Positions 17,338 to 25,078 of a stretch of 38,523 nt of DNA are shown here, one piece after another. This DNA comes from an uncultured Candidatus Saccharibacteria bacterium (GTDB lineage Bacteria > Patescibacteriota > Dojkabacteria > SC72). The first letter of the stretch is position 1; every line of letters begins with the position of its first letter. The notes beneath the pieces are model-generated. The model was given only the letters and a program-made list of their open reading frames with translations. It was not told the origin of the DNA and ran no database searches. The DNA is taken from assembly GCA_964502535.1 (NCBI GenBank), contig CAZCWY010000001.1:1-38523 (forward strand), written 5' to 3'. Made by a program: the position numbers and the translations under genes.

Positions 17338-20334
17338 ATGGGAAAAGAAGATTTAAGTAGAATTAAAGGTCAGGTTCCAGTATCAGTAATAGTGAATGGT
17401 GGAAACTATATCTCATACCTCTTGGCAAAAACATTGCTAGAGCAAGGGAGTTATGTTGTAATAATTGATAAATATAGCAATAATTCAAAACAGTATTTTT
17501 CTCAATTAAAGAAATCTGGAAAAGTAAGTTTCATTGATTTTAAAGGTATTAAGGGATTTTATGAAAAGATAGCCAGAATAGACTATCTCTACTATATGTT
17601 AGGCCAAAGGATAGAAGAAAGTTCCGCTATTGATAGTAAAGATTTCCTTTCCGAAACAGATTACTTAAATCAGAGTTTAAGCTGTGCAAATAAGTACAAA
17701 GCAAAGATCTCTTTAATAACATCCTTAAGACTAAATAGAGAACTCTCAAATATAATTAATAATGACCCTTCAAATAAAACAAAGCCGTACTCTCCACTTG
17801 AACTTCAAAGGTATGGAGAAAATTTCTGTGCTGAATATGTAGATAAAACAAAAGCTAATTTAAGAATAATTAGATTAGGTACCCTTATTGGAAGGGGAGT
17901 AAATCAGATTAATGACACAATATTAGATAAATTGTTCTTTGATGCTACACAAAAACATCAGATTGAAATTTCTGGGGAGGGGTTAGAAATTCACAACTTA
18001 ATACATGAAAGTGATGCTATTTACGGGATATTAAAACTAACCTTCTCTGATGACACCAAAGGAGAGGTAATATCTCTATGTAATAAGAACGACTATTCTA
18101 CCCTTTCAATCGCGTATAAGCTACTTGAGCTCGATGTAGAGGCTAAAGCAATCAAGTTTATAGAAAGAGATGATGGTAATACAATTCTACAAGATCTTTA
18201 TGTTCCTGCTCCAAATGCTACTCAATATGATTGGAAACAAAATGTTACTTTAGAACAAGCTACTTTAGAGCAGATAAGTTCGTACTATGAAAAATCAGAC
18301 AAGAAATGGGAAATAGATAAAACTGATAGAATTAGAGAAGAAACCGTAGAAACAACTGTCTCAAAAACAAAGCTCGGGAAAATTCTATCCTCAATAACAG
18401 GACCATTTAAGAAAATTGCAACCCCTAAAAAGTTGTTTGAAAGAATTAACTATCTTAAAATATTTACCTCAACACTACTTTTTCTTGCGATATTATTAAT
18501 AATTAACTATCTTATTTCTCCGCTAATAGGTGTCTCTCTCGGTTCTTACTTAATATTTCGACAGGGAAAGCAACTTTCTAATACGGTATCAGAACTAAAC
18601 TTTGATAAGATTCAAAGAGAAACGAATTCTCTTTCTACAAACGCAATACGAGTAGAAAAGAGCTTTAATAAGCTTTTTTGGATTTTTAAAATAACTAACT
18701 CAGAAGATGAGTTTAGTAATCTTTACCAAATAGTACAAGGAACAAAATATATTTCTGAAAGTGGAAAAGATTTAGTAATAGGATTAAGACCATTAGGGGA
18801 ATATATTAAAGATTTTGAACCTTCGATAAATGAAGATGGTTCAGAAAAGGAATCACTAAAGGAATATAAAGATTATCTTACCGCAATTGATGATAACCGG
18901 TATCTGTTACAAGAGGGTGTATATAAATTGTCTTTAGCTCAAAATCTAATTACAAAAGTGGATGCTAGAAAATATCCAACCTTTATTAAAGACCTTGTAT
19001 ATCAATACAAAGAATTAGTTAATCAAATCGATAGTACTGTAAAACCACTTGAAAAGGTGTCTGAGTTCTTACCCGATTTACTGGGTATAGATGAAAGAAA
19101 AAGATATTTAATACTTCTTCAAGATAATGGGGAGATACGAAGTAGTGGTGGGTGGATTTCAAATTATGCCGTAATAGCAATTGAGAATGGACAGATACGT
19201 GAACTCTTTGTAGATGATATATACAATGCACAAGCCCTTCTGAATCTTAAAGGTTTTAAATACAGAACTCCCAATTCGATGACCCGAGCATTACAATCAA
19301 CAACATACTCTTTTCCATTAGTAAACTGGGACCCTAATTTAGAAGATATACTACTTTCCAGTGAACAATTTATCTTTGATTTAGGAAAAGGGGATAAATT
19401 AGATGGAGTAATTGCATTTGATACTGTGTTTTTACAAAGACTTCTTGATAAATGGGAAGGTATAGAGGTTGCAGCAGAAAGTGATTTAATTACTTCAGAA
19501 AACCTTTACTCTAACATCTTAGAAGATTCTTCAGCGGAATCTCCCAACGAAATTAGAAGATCTACATTCTTAACAGACCTATTTAATTCTGTTCTTGTTA
19601 AAATATTCTCTACTAAGTTCACTGACAATTCAAAGGTATATGATACTATTTCAGAAAGTTTAAATGAAAAAAACATAATATTTACCTTTAAGAATTCCTC
19701 TGCAAATACATATCTTGAAAGTAATGGATGGGTAAGTAATTTAGAGTCAAAGTATCAAAGTACTCCAATTGATATAGATTGGAACTGGGGAAATAACAAA
19801 GCAAATCTATATATAAAGAAAAACCACATGTTAACTTTAAACATTAAAGATGAGAATACCATTGACTATGCATATCAGATAGCAATACAAAATGATTCAA
19901 CAAAGGATGAAAAACTACAGGGAGAATATATAAACTATTTACGAGTATATATACCTTTAGAAGCTGAAGTTACAAATATTAGAGGAATTGTTGATAACAA
20001 ATACGATATCTACCAAGAAAATGGGTACCAAGTTGTTGCAGGTTGGTTTAATATTCCAATTGGTCAGACAGCAACGGTAGATATTAGGTATAGATTAAAG
20101 AAAACTGATACTTCGTCATTTTTCCCAATTGAAAAAACAGATAGTCACTACAATATGGTTTTAGATATATACAAACAACCAGGAAGTAGAAAAGAAAGTT
20201 ATAGCCTTTCAATCAGCTATCCTGTTGAGTGGACCTTAGAAAATAGCCAAGGATTAACTAGAATTGAAAATAATGCAAATAGAAGATTTGAGTTATCTTC
20301 AGACCAACATTTTTCAATTTCTTGGTTGAGATAA
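17338..20334 (+). CDS. fusion protein: N-terminal extended-SDR/epimerase-like domain, TM segment, C-terminal DUF4012-like extracytoplasmic domain
   Basis: Residues ~10-290 follow the NAD-epimerase layout (VIVNGGNYISYLLAKTLLEQGSYVVIIDK...PYSPLELQRYGE...IIRLGTLIG). TM at YLKIFTSTLLFLAILLIINYLI. The downstream YLILLQDNGEIRSSGGWISNYA resembles the DUF4012 signature. Family call is from memory of the motif. Confidence 0.65.
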   Translation: MGKEDLSRIKGQVPVSVIVNGGNYISYLLAKTLLEQGSYVVIIDKYSNNSKQYFSQLKKSGKVSFIDFKGIKGFYEKIARIDYLYYMLGQRIEESSAIDSKDFLSETDYLNQSLSCANKYKAKISLITSLRLNRELSNIINNDPSNKTKPYSPLELQRYGENFCAEYVDKTKANLRIIRLGTLIGRGVNQINDTILDKLFFDATQKHQIEISGEGLEIHNLIHESDAIYGILKLTFSDDTKGEVISLCNKNDYSTLSIAYKLLELDVEAKAIKFIERDDGNTILQDLYVPAPNATQYDWKQNVTLEQATLEQISSYYEKSDKKWEIDKTDRIREETVETTVSKTKLGKILSSITGPFKKIATPKKLFERINYLKIFTSTLLFLAILLIINYLISPLIGVSLGSYLIFRQGKQLSNTVSELNFDKIQRETNSLSTNAIRVEKSFNKLFWIFKITNSEDEFSNLYQIVQGTKYISESGKDLVIGLRPLGEYIKDFEPSINEDGSEKESLKEYKDYLTAIDDNRYLLQEGVYKLSLAQNLITKVDARKYPTFIKDLVYQYKELVNQIDSTVKPLEKVSEFLPDLLGIDERKRYLILLQDNGEIRSSGGWISNYAVIAIENGQIRELFVDDIYNAQALLNLKGFKYRTPNSMTRALQSTTYSFPLVNWDPNLEDILLSSEQFIFDLGKGDKLDGVIAFDTVFLQRLLDKWEGIEVAAESDLITSENLYSNILEDSSAESPNEIRRSTFLTDLFNSVLVKIFSTKFTDNSKVYDTISESLNEKNIIFTFKNSSANTYLESNGWVSNLESKYQSTPIDIDWNWGNNKANLYIKKNHMLTLNIKDENTIDYAYQIAIQNDSTKDEKLQGEYINYLRVYIPLEAEVTNIRGIVDNKYDIYQENGYQVVAGWFNIPIGQTATVDIRYRLKKTDTSSFFPIEKTDSHYNMVLDIYKQPGSRKESYSLSISYPVEWTLENSQGLTRIENNANRRFELSSDQHFSISWLR

Positions 20335-20679
20335 CTACAAAAGAACTTTCTCTCTTTCTTTAAAATATAGATATATCTCTAAAATCTCTTCAACTGAAGT
20401 TTCTTTCATAGATGCATATCTCCCTATCTCGTTTACATCTAAATCAGTATTAATTGGCATTCTGTTACTTATACCTATCGGTTTAAAGAAAGTCGCAATA
20501 TGATTAGATTTACATTTAGGGCAAGAGAAGTGTATAATACTCGATATGTTATTATCTTGGATTATTTCTAAATCATTCTTGTTATAAGAGTTTCCGCATT
20601 TATCACAAAATTTTGCAATTGTATCAATAAAGAATTGCTTCTTTTCACTCAGGTTGTTTCTGTTTAAAGACTTTACCAT
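20335..20679 (-). CDS. hypothetical zinc-ribbon protein
   Basis: Four Cys in a CxxC...CxxC arrangement (CDKCGNSY ... CPKCKSNH). TGGTATAAT lies 7 nt upstream of the ATG. Divergent from rpoD. Confidence 0.55.
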   Translation of the reverse strand: MVKSLNRNNLSEKKQFFIDTIAKFCDKCGNSYNKNDLEIIQDNNISSIIHFSCPKCKSNHIATFFKPIGISNRMPINTDLDVNEIGRYASMKETSVEEILEIYLYFKEREKVLL

Positions 20680-20686
20680 ACATTAA

Positions 20687-20695
20687 ATTATACCA
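20687..20695 (-). promoter_or_regulatory. extended -10 element TGGTATAAT for the Zn-ribbon gene
   Basis: Minus strand reads TGGTATAATttaatgtATG (7-nt gap). It overlaps the opposite-strand CATAAT (20694-20699), which lies 7 nt before the rpoD ATG 20707. Confidence 0.6.
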
Positions 20696-20706
20696 TAATA
20701 AAATAT

Positions 20707-21792
20707 ATGAGTAGTTCAACAAAATCAAAGCATATTGCACTATTAGTTAAGAAGGGTAAAGAGCAAGGATTTCTTTCTCAAGAGGATATACTAGAGGTAT
20801 TTCCTACAATAGAGGAGGATATTGTTTTACTAGATGATATTTTTAAGGAGTTACAGGAAAACGATGTTGAAGTATTAGAAACTGAGGAAGATACTGTTTC
20901 CGAAACAGAGAATTTAACACTTGAGAAAAAAATAAGGATTTTAAAAACTATCCAATCTAGTCTTTCAACCGATGCTATAAGGTCCTACTTATTCGAAATA
21001 GGAAAAATTCCTCTTTTAACAGGAGAGGAAGAAGTAATATTAGCAAAAAGAATTGAATTAGGAAATAAAGAGGCTGGTCAGTTATTAATTACTGCCAACT
21101 TAAGATTAGTAGTAAGTATTGCAAAAAAATATAGTAAGAGTGGCCTTGAGCTTCTTGATTTGATACAAGAGGGCAATATTGGATTAATGAGAGCTGTAGA
21201 GAAATTCGACTACCACAAGGGCTTTAAATTCTCTACCTATGCTACCTGGTGGATTAGACAAGCTATTACTCGTGCTATCGCAGACCAAGCAAGAACAATA
21301 CGAGTCCCAGTACATATGATTGAAACAATTAACAAATTTAATAAAGTTAATGGATCACTTTCTACAAGACTAGGTAGACAACCAACAGATGAAGAGATTG
21401 CAAAAGAGATGGATATTGAATTAGAAAAGATTGCAGAAATTAGAAAAATCAAACAGAATCCTTCCTCTCTTGCAACCCCTATTGGAGATGAAAAGGATAG
21501 TAAATTACAAGATATATTGCCTGATGAATGGTCCCAAAGTCCAGAAGATTTTGCTACATCTGAGTACTTAAAGAATCAACTTAAGGAAATCCTTGACTCA
21601 TTACAAGATAGAGAAAGAAGAGTCCTTGCTTTAAGATTCGGACTTACAGATGGAGTAACTAGAACACTTGAAGAAGTAGGAAGAGAGTTTGGAGTAACAA
21701 GAGAAAGAATAAGGCAGATAGAGGCAAAAGCACTAAAAAAACTTAAGGAGAAATCTTCCGAAAAAAAGTTAGATGACTATATAGCAAATTAA
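20707..21792 (+). CDS. rpoD: RNA polymerase primary sigma factor (sigma-70 family)
   Basis: Region 1.2 ([17 protein letters not shown]), region 2 ([12 protein letters not shown]...[17 protein letters not shown]...[17 protein letters not shown]), region 3, and region 4.2 ([24 protein letters not shown]). Confidence 0.96.
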   Translation: MSSSTKSKHIALLVKKGKEQGFLSQEDILEVFPTIEEDIVLLDDIFKELQENDVEVLETEEDTVSETENLTLEKKIRILKTIQSSLSTDAIRSYLFEIGKIPLLTGEEEVILAKRIELGNKEAGQLLITANLRLVVSIAKKYSKSGLELLDLIQEGNIGLMRAVEKFDYHKGFKFSTYATWWIRQAITRAIADQARTIRVPVHMIETINKFNKVNGSLSTRLGRQPTDEEIAKEMDIELEKIAEIRKIKQNPSSLATPIGDEKDSKLQDILPDEWSQSPEDFATSEYLKNQLKEILDSLQDRERRVLALRFGLTDGVTRTLEEVGREFGVTRERIRQIEAKALKKLKEKSSEKKLDDYIAN

Positions 21793-21795
21793 TAA

Positions 21796-22041
21796 CTACT
21801 CTTCTTTAGCGGTCATATCAAAAAATGATTCGGGTTGTATGGCATATCCACTTTTAATTTTGTCTGAAACGGCTTTTAATACTGTTTCATCAAATTTAGG
21901 ACTTAGTGGTTTTGTATATAACTCAGCATTAGTATTGATTGTTGAAAAATTCTGCTTTGAATACAGTAGTATTCCTCCCCATACGATACCTATTATGGCT
22001 GCTAAAAGTATAATAAAAAAGTATTTTCTAAATGTCTCCAT
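21796..22041 (-). CDS. hypothetical small single-pass membrane protein, last gene of the pilN/pilO-like operon
   Basis: 81 aa with an N-terminal TM (YFFIILLAAIIGIVWGGILLY). Its ATG is 2 nt after the upstream TAG stop. Confidence 0.5.
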   Translation of the reverse strand: METFRKYFFIILLAAIIGIVWGGILLYSKQNFSTINTNAELYTKPLSPKFDETVLKAVSDKIKSGYAIQPESFFDMTAKEE

Positions 22042-22043
22042 AT

Positions 22044-22673
22044 CTATTCACTATAAAAATTAACCTCTTCTATATTATATACTCTCAATGTTATTGAATA
22101 GTTTGTATTTCCCTGTTCGTCCGTTTGGTTACTATATGAGATATTTTCAATTATTGGATACATTGGTAAGGCCTCTAAATCATTTAAAAATGGTATTAAA
22201 CCAGACTTATTTCCTACGACATTTACACCTATTGAGTAAGGTTTAATAACCGAAAATTTAATTACTTCTTCCGAAGGTTTTTCTCTATTCTTAGAAAAAC
22301 TAATTGAATTAAGTGCAAAAGCATTTCTACTAACTACAGAATCTATATTGGCAAGAAAAAGACTAAAATTTTCATTGTTAGGAAAAATCAAGGTTAATCC
22401 ATCAAAGGTTTCCTTATTCGCTGTATACTGCCCATCTAAAGCAGTTAATGTTGTCAATTTACTCTTTAGCGCCTGTGTCGTTATCTCTTTAGTCTTAATC
22501 TCTGAACTGATACGTTGCACAGTTTTAAAAGTAGGAACAATTGCAAAGACTATTAAAAGTATTGCAGAAATATATGTTAAACCAGTAAAAATCATCTCGC
22601 TCTTTTTGCTTTCGCCCTGTTTAGCTATTTTTACAAATTCAACTTTTCTTTCGCTGTTTTCTAAAGTTCCCAT
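22044..22673 (-). CDS. PilO-like type IV pilus/competence assembly protein
   Basis: TM (IFTGLTYISAILLIVFAIV), a coiled-coil stretch, then a PilO-like C-domain (SIGVNVVGNKSGLIPFLNDLEALPMYPIIENISYS...YSITLRVYN). AAGGAG (22684-22689, minus strand) lies 10 nt upstream. Confidence 0.55.
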   Translation of the reverse strand: MGTLENSERKVEFVKIAKQGESKKSEMIFTGLTYISAILLIVFAIVPTFKTVQRISSEIKTKEITTQALKSKLTTLTALDGQYTANKETFDGLTLIFPNNENFSLFLANIDSVVSRNAFALNSISFSKNREKPSEEVIKFSVIKPYSIGVNVVGNKSGLIPFLNDLEALPMYPIIENISYSNQTDEQGNTNYSITLRVYNIEEVNFYSE

Positions 22674-22674
22674 T

Positions 22675-23232
22675 CTAGTCTATCTCCTTTAATGCAATGA
22701 AGTTAATACTTACTTGATATTCTGTACCCTCAAGTTTAATATTTACCTTAACCTCAGAGTAAGAAGTGTTGTTCTTAAGTGTATCCTCATAGTTTCTTAA
22801 GGCTTTAAAATCTGATGTCTTAAGAGACAATGAAACTTTCCCTTTATTAATAGAAATACTCTGTAAATCTAAGGTAAGTGGAATACCATTTATTACTTCT
22901 GATATAAGTTTAGAATTAAGGTCCTGATTCTCGCTTGCTATTTTAACATCCCCAAGTAACGACTGAAGATTCTGATACTTAACAGCACTTTTCTTCCAGG
23001 TTTCGTTCTCTAATGTCTTTACCTGATCATTTATTTGATCTGTTAAATCGTTATTCCTACCATCCATTATCAACCTATACCCAAAAGCGGCTAATACAAC
23101 AATTTCAACAACCATTAACATCCATTTACCAATAGAAGTTAACCAAGAAAAGGAGGTTTGTATAACTCCGTCTGAACCACCAACTGGCTGTAAGAAGTTT
23201 ATTGATTTTGTTTGATCGTTTGTCTTTAACAT
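22675..23232 (-). CDS. PilN-like type IV pilus/competence assembly protein
   Basis: N-terminal SINFLQP resembles the conserved PilN INLLP peptide. It is followed by a TM (WMLMVVEIVVLAAFGY), a coiled coil and a small alpha/beta C-domain. Confidence 0.55.
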   Translation of the reverse strand: MLKTNDQTKSINFLQPVGGSDGVIQTSFSWLTSIGKWMLMVVEIVVLAAFGYRLIMDGRNNDLTDQINDQVKTLENETWKKSAVKYQNLQSLLGDVKIASENQDLNSKLISEVINGIPLTLDLQSISINKGKVSLSLKTSDFKALRNYEDTLKNNTSYSEVKVNIKLEGTEYQVSINFIALKEID

Positions 23233-23305
23233 AGGGCAGTATCTATAACTACAGTATACATATCTTTAGAAAAAGTTTCCATATATTAGTAAAAGGTATA
23301 TATTT

Positions 23306-23314
23306 TGATATAAT
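23306..23314 (+). promoter_or_regulatory. extended -10 element TGATATAAT for metG
   Basis: 1 nt before ATG 23316 and 13 nt before ATG 23328. Confidence 0.55.
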
Positions 23315-23327
23315 TATGTTGAAATAT

Positions 23328-25067
23328 ATGGAAAACACACAAGAAGAAAAAATCTTTATAGGCGTCTCATGGCCATATGCGAGTGGTAAGTTACACTTAG
23401 GACATCTTGCAGGTCAAAATATTGCGTGTGATGTGTTCGCAAGATATCACAGACAGAAGGGAAATAATGTACTCATGGTATCTGGGAGTGATAGTCATGG
23501 AACACCAATTGTTTTTAAGGCAGAAGAGTTAGGAATTACACCAGAAGAATTAGTAGAGACCTCTCACAAAGATATACTACTAACATTTGAAAAACTTTCT
23601 TTACTATATGAGAAATATACATCCACTACCACAGAAAATCACAAAATTGTTGTTCAAAACATATTTTTGGTGCTTAGAGAACTTGGATACCTCTATCCGC
23701 AAAAATCTAAACAATACTATGATGAGAAAGTAAGCAAATTCCTTCCAGACAGATATGTAAGAGGAACATGTCCAGAGTGTGGAGCAATCGATGCAAGGGG
23801 AGACGAGTGTACAGAGTGTGGAAAATTTCTAAAGCCAACAGATTTAATTGACCCATATAGTACACTTTCTGATAGCATACCAGTACTCAAAGAAACAGAA
23901 CATTACTATTTAGATCTCAAGAAATTAGAAAATAAAATTGGAGATTGGGTTAATTCGCAGAGTCCTAATTGGAGAAAATGGGTTAGAGAATTTTCAAAAG
24001 GATGGATAAAGGAGGGATTAGAACCAAGAGAGGTAACAAGAGATATGAAATTTGGAATACCTGTTCCACTCAATGGTTGGGAGGAGAAAGTAATCTATGT
24101 GTGGATAGAGGCTGTAGTAGGATATCTATCAGCTTCAATAGAGTGGGCAAACAGTATCGGGCAGGAAAGTAAATGGGAAGATTTCTGGAAAGATCCAAAG
24201 TGTAAACATTACTACTTTATTGCAGGTGGAAATGTACCATTTCATAGCATAATATGGCCAGCACAACTTCTTGCATATAGTGAGAAATATTCAAGCGAAG
24301 CCCTTTGGGACAAGTATAAATTACCAGGAGAGACTAAGAAAGAGAGTTTAAATCTTCCATATGATATTCCTGCAAATAAAATGCTTCTTTACAAAGGTAA
24401 GAAAATGTCAAAGAGCGATAATACTGGTATGTCTGTTGATTCCCTATTAGAAAAATACAGCCCTGATTTAATAAGGTTTTTCTTTGTTAGGAATGCACCA
24501 GAAAACCATGATAGAGAGTTTGAATGGAAAGATTTTATTGATTGTAATAATAACGAGCTTGTAGCAAATATTGGTAACTTTATTAATAGATCCCTTTCCT
24601 TTGTAAATAGTAAGTTTAACAATCAGATTCCTCAAGGACAATTAGATGTTGAGGTTAAAGAAAGTATAGAGAACACATTTAAAGAGGTTGGTGGACATAT
24701 TGAAGGTTGTGAATTTGTAAAAGCAACTGAATCTATACTTAAATTAGGGAATTTCTCTAACAAATATTTCAATGATAAAGCCCCATGGGTATCTTACAAA
24801 GAAAATATTCCAGATTGCGAAAATACAATATTTAATTCAATACAATTAGTTAATGCCTTAAGAATACTACTTAAGCCTTTTATTCCACAAAGCATTGCAA
24901 CATTAACAACCATGCTTAATATTGAAGATGAATATGATGCTAATACTGAATTAAAAAATACTGGAGAAGTATCTAAGAACGAAAATAACTGGACTTTTGT
25001 TCCTCTAGATTCTGGTCATAGATTCAATGAACCAAAAATTCTCTTTGCAAAAATAGAAGAGGAATAA
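23328..25067 (+). CDS. metG: methionine--tRNA ligase
   Basis: HIGH-type HLGHLAG, KMSKS (KGKKMSKSD), zinc knuckles CPECGAIDARGDECTECGKF. The track ORF opens at ATG 23316, but TATAAT 23309-23314 ends only 1 nt before it, so ATG 23328 (MENTQEEK...) is the more plausible start. Confidence 0.93.
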   Translation: MENTQEEKIFIGVSWPYASGKLHLGHLAGQNIACDVFARYHRQKGNNVLMVSGSDSHGTPIVFKAEELGITPEELVETSHKDILLTFEKLSLLYEKYTSTTTENHKIVVQNIFLVLRELGYLYPQKSKQYYDEKVSKFLPDRYVRGTCPECGAIDARGDECTECGKFLKPTDLIDPYSTLSDSIPVLKETEHYYLDLKKLENKIGDWVNSQSPNWRKWVREFSKGWIKEGLEPREVTRDMKFGIPVPLNGWEEKVIYVWIEAVVGYLSASIEWANSIGQESKWEDFWKDPKCKHYYFIAGGNVPFHSIIWPAQLLAYSEKYSSEALWDKYKLPGETKKESLNLPYDIPANKMLLYKGKKMSKSDNTGMSVDSLLEKYSPDLIRFFFVRNAPENHDREFEWKDFIDCNNNELVANIGNFINRSLSFVNSKFNNQIPQGQLDVEVKESIENTFKEVGGHIEGCEFVKATESILKLGNFSNKYFNDKAPWVSYKENIPDCENTIFNSIQLVNALRILLKPFIPQSIATLTTMLNIEDEYDANTELKNTGEVSKNENNWTFVPLDSGHRFNEPKILFAKIEEE

Positions 25068-25078
25068 AATATCATAAA

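Noticed and set aside
23233-23327. Possible T-box or other riboswitch leaders upstream of metG and valS (also 27317..27397)
   Set aside because: The spacers are only ~80 bp and are shared by two divergent promoters. The -10 boxes sit 1-13 nt from the start codons. There is no room for a 200-300 nt T-box leader, and no specifier or terminator hairpins were seen.
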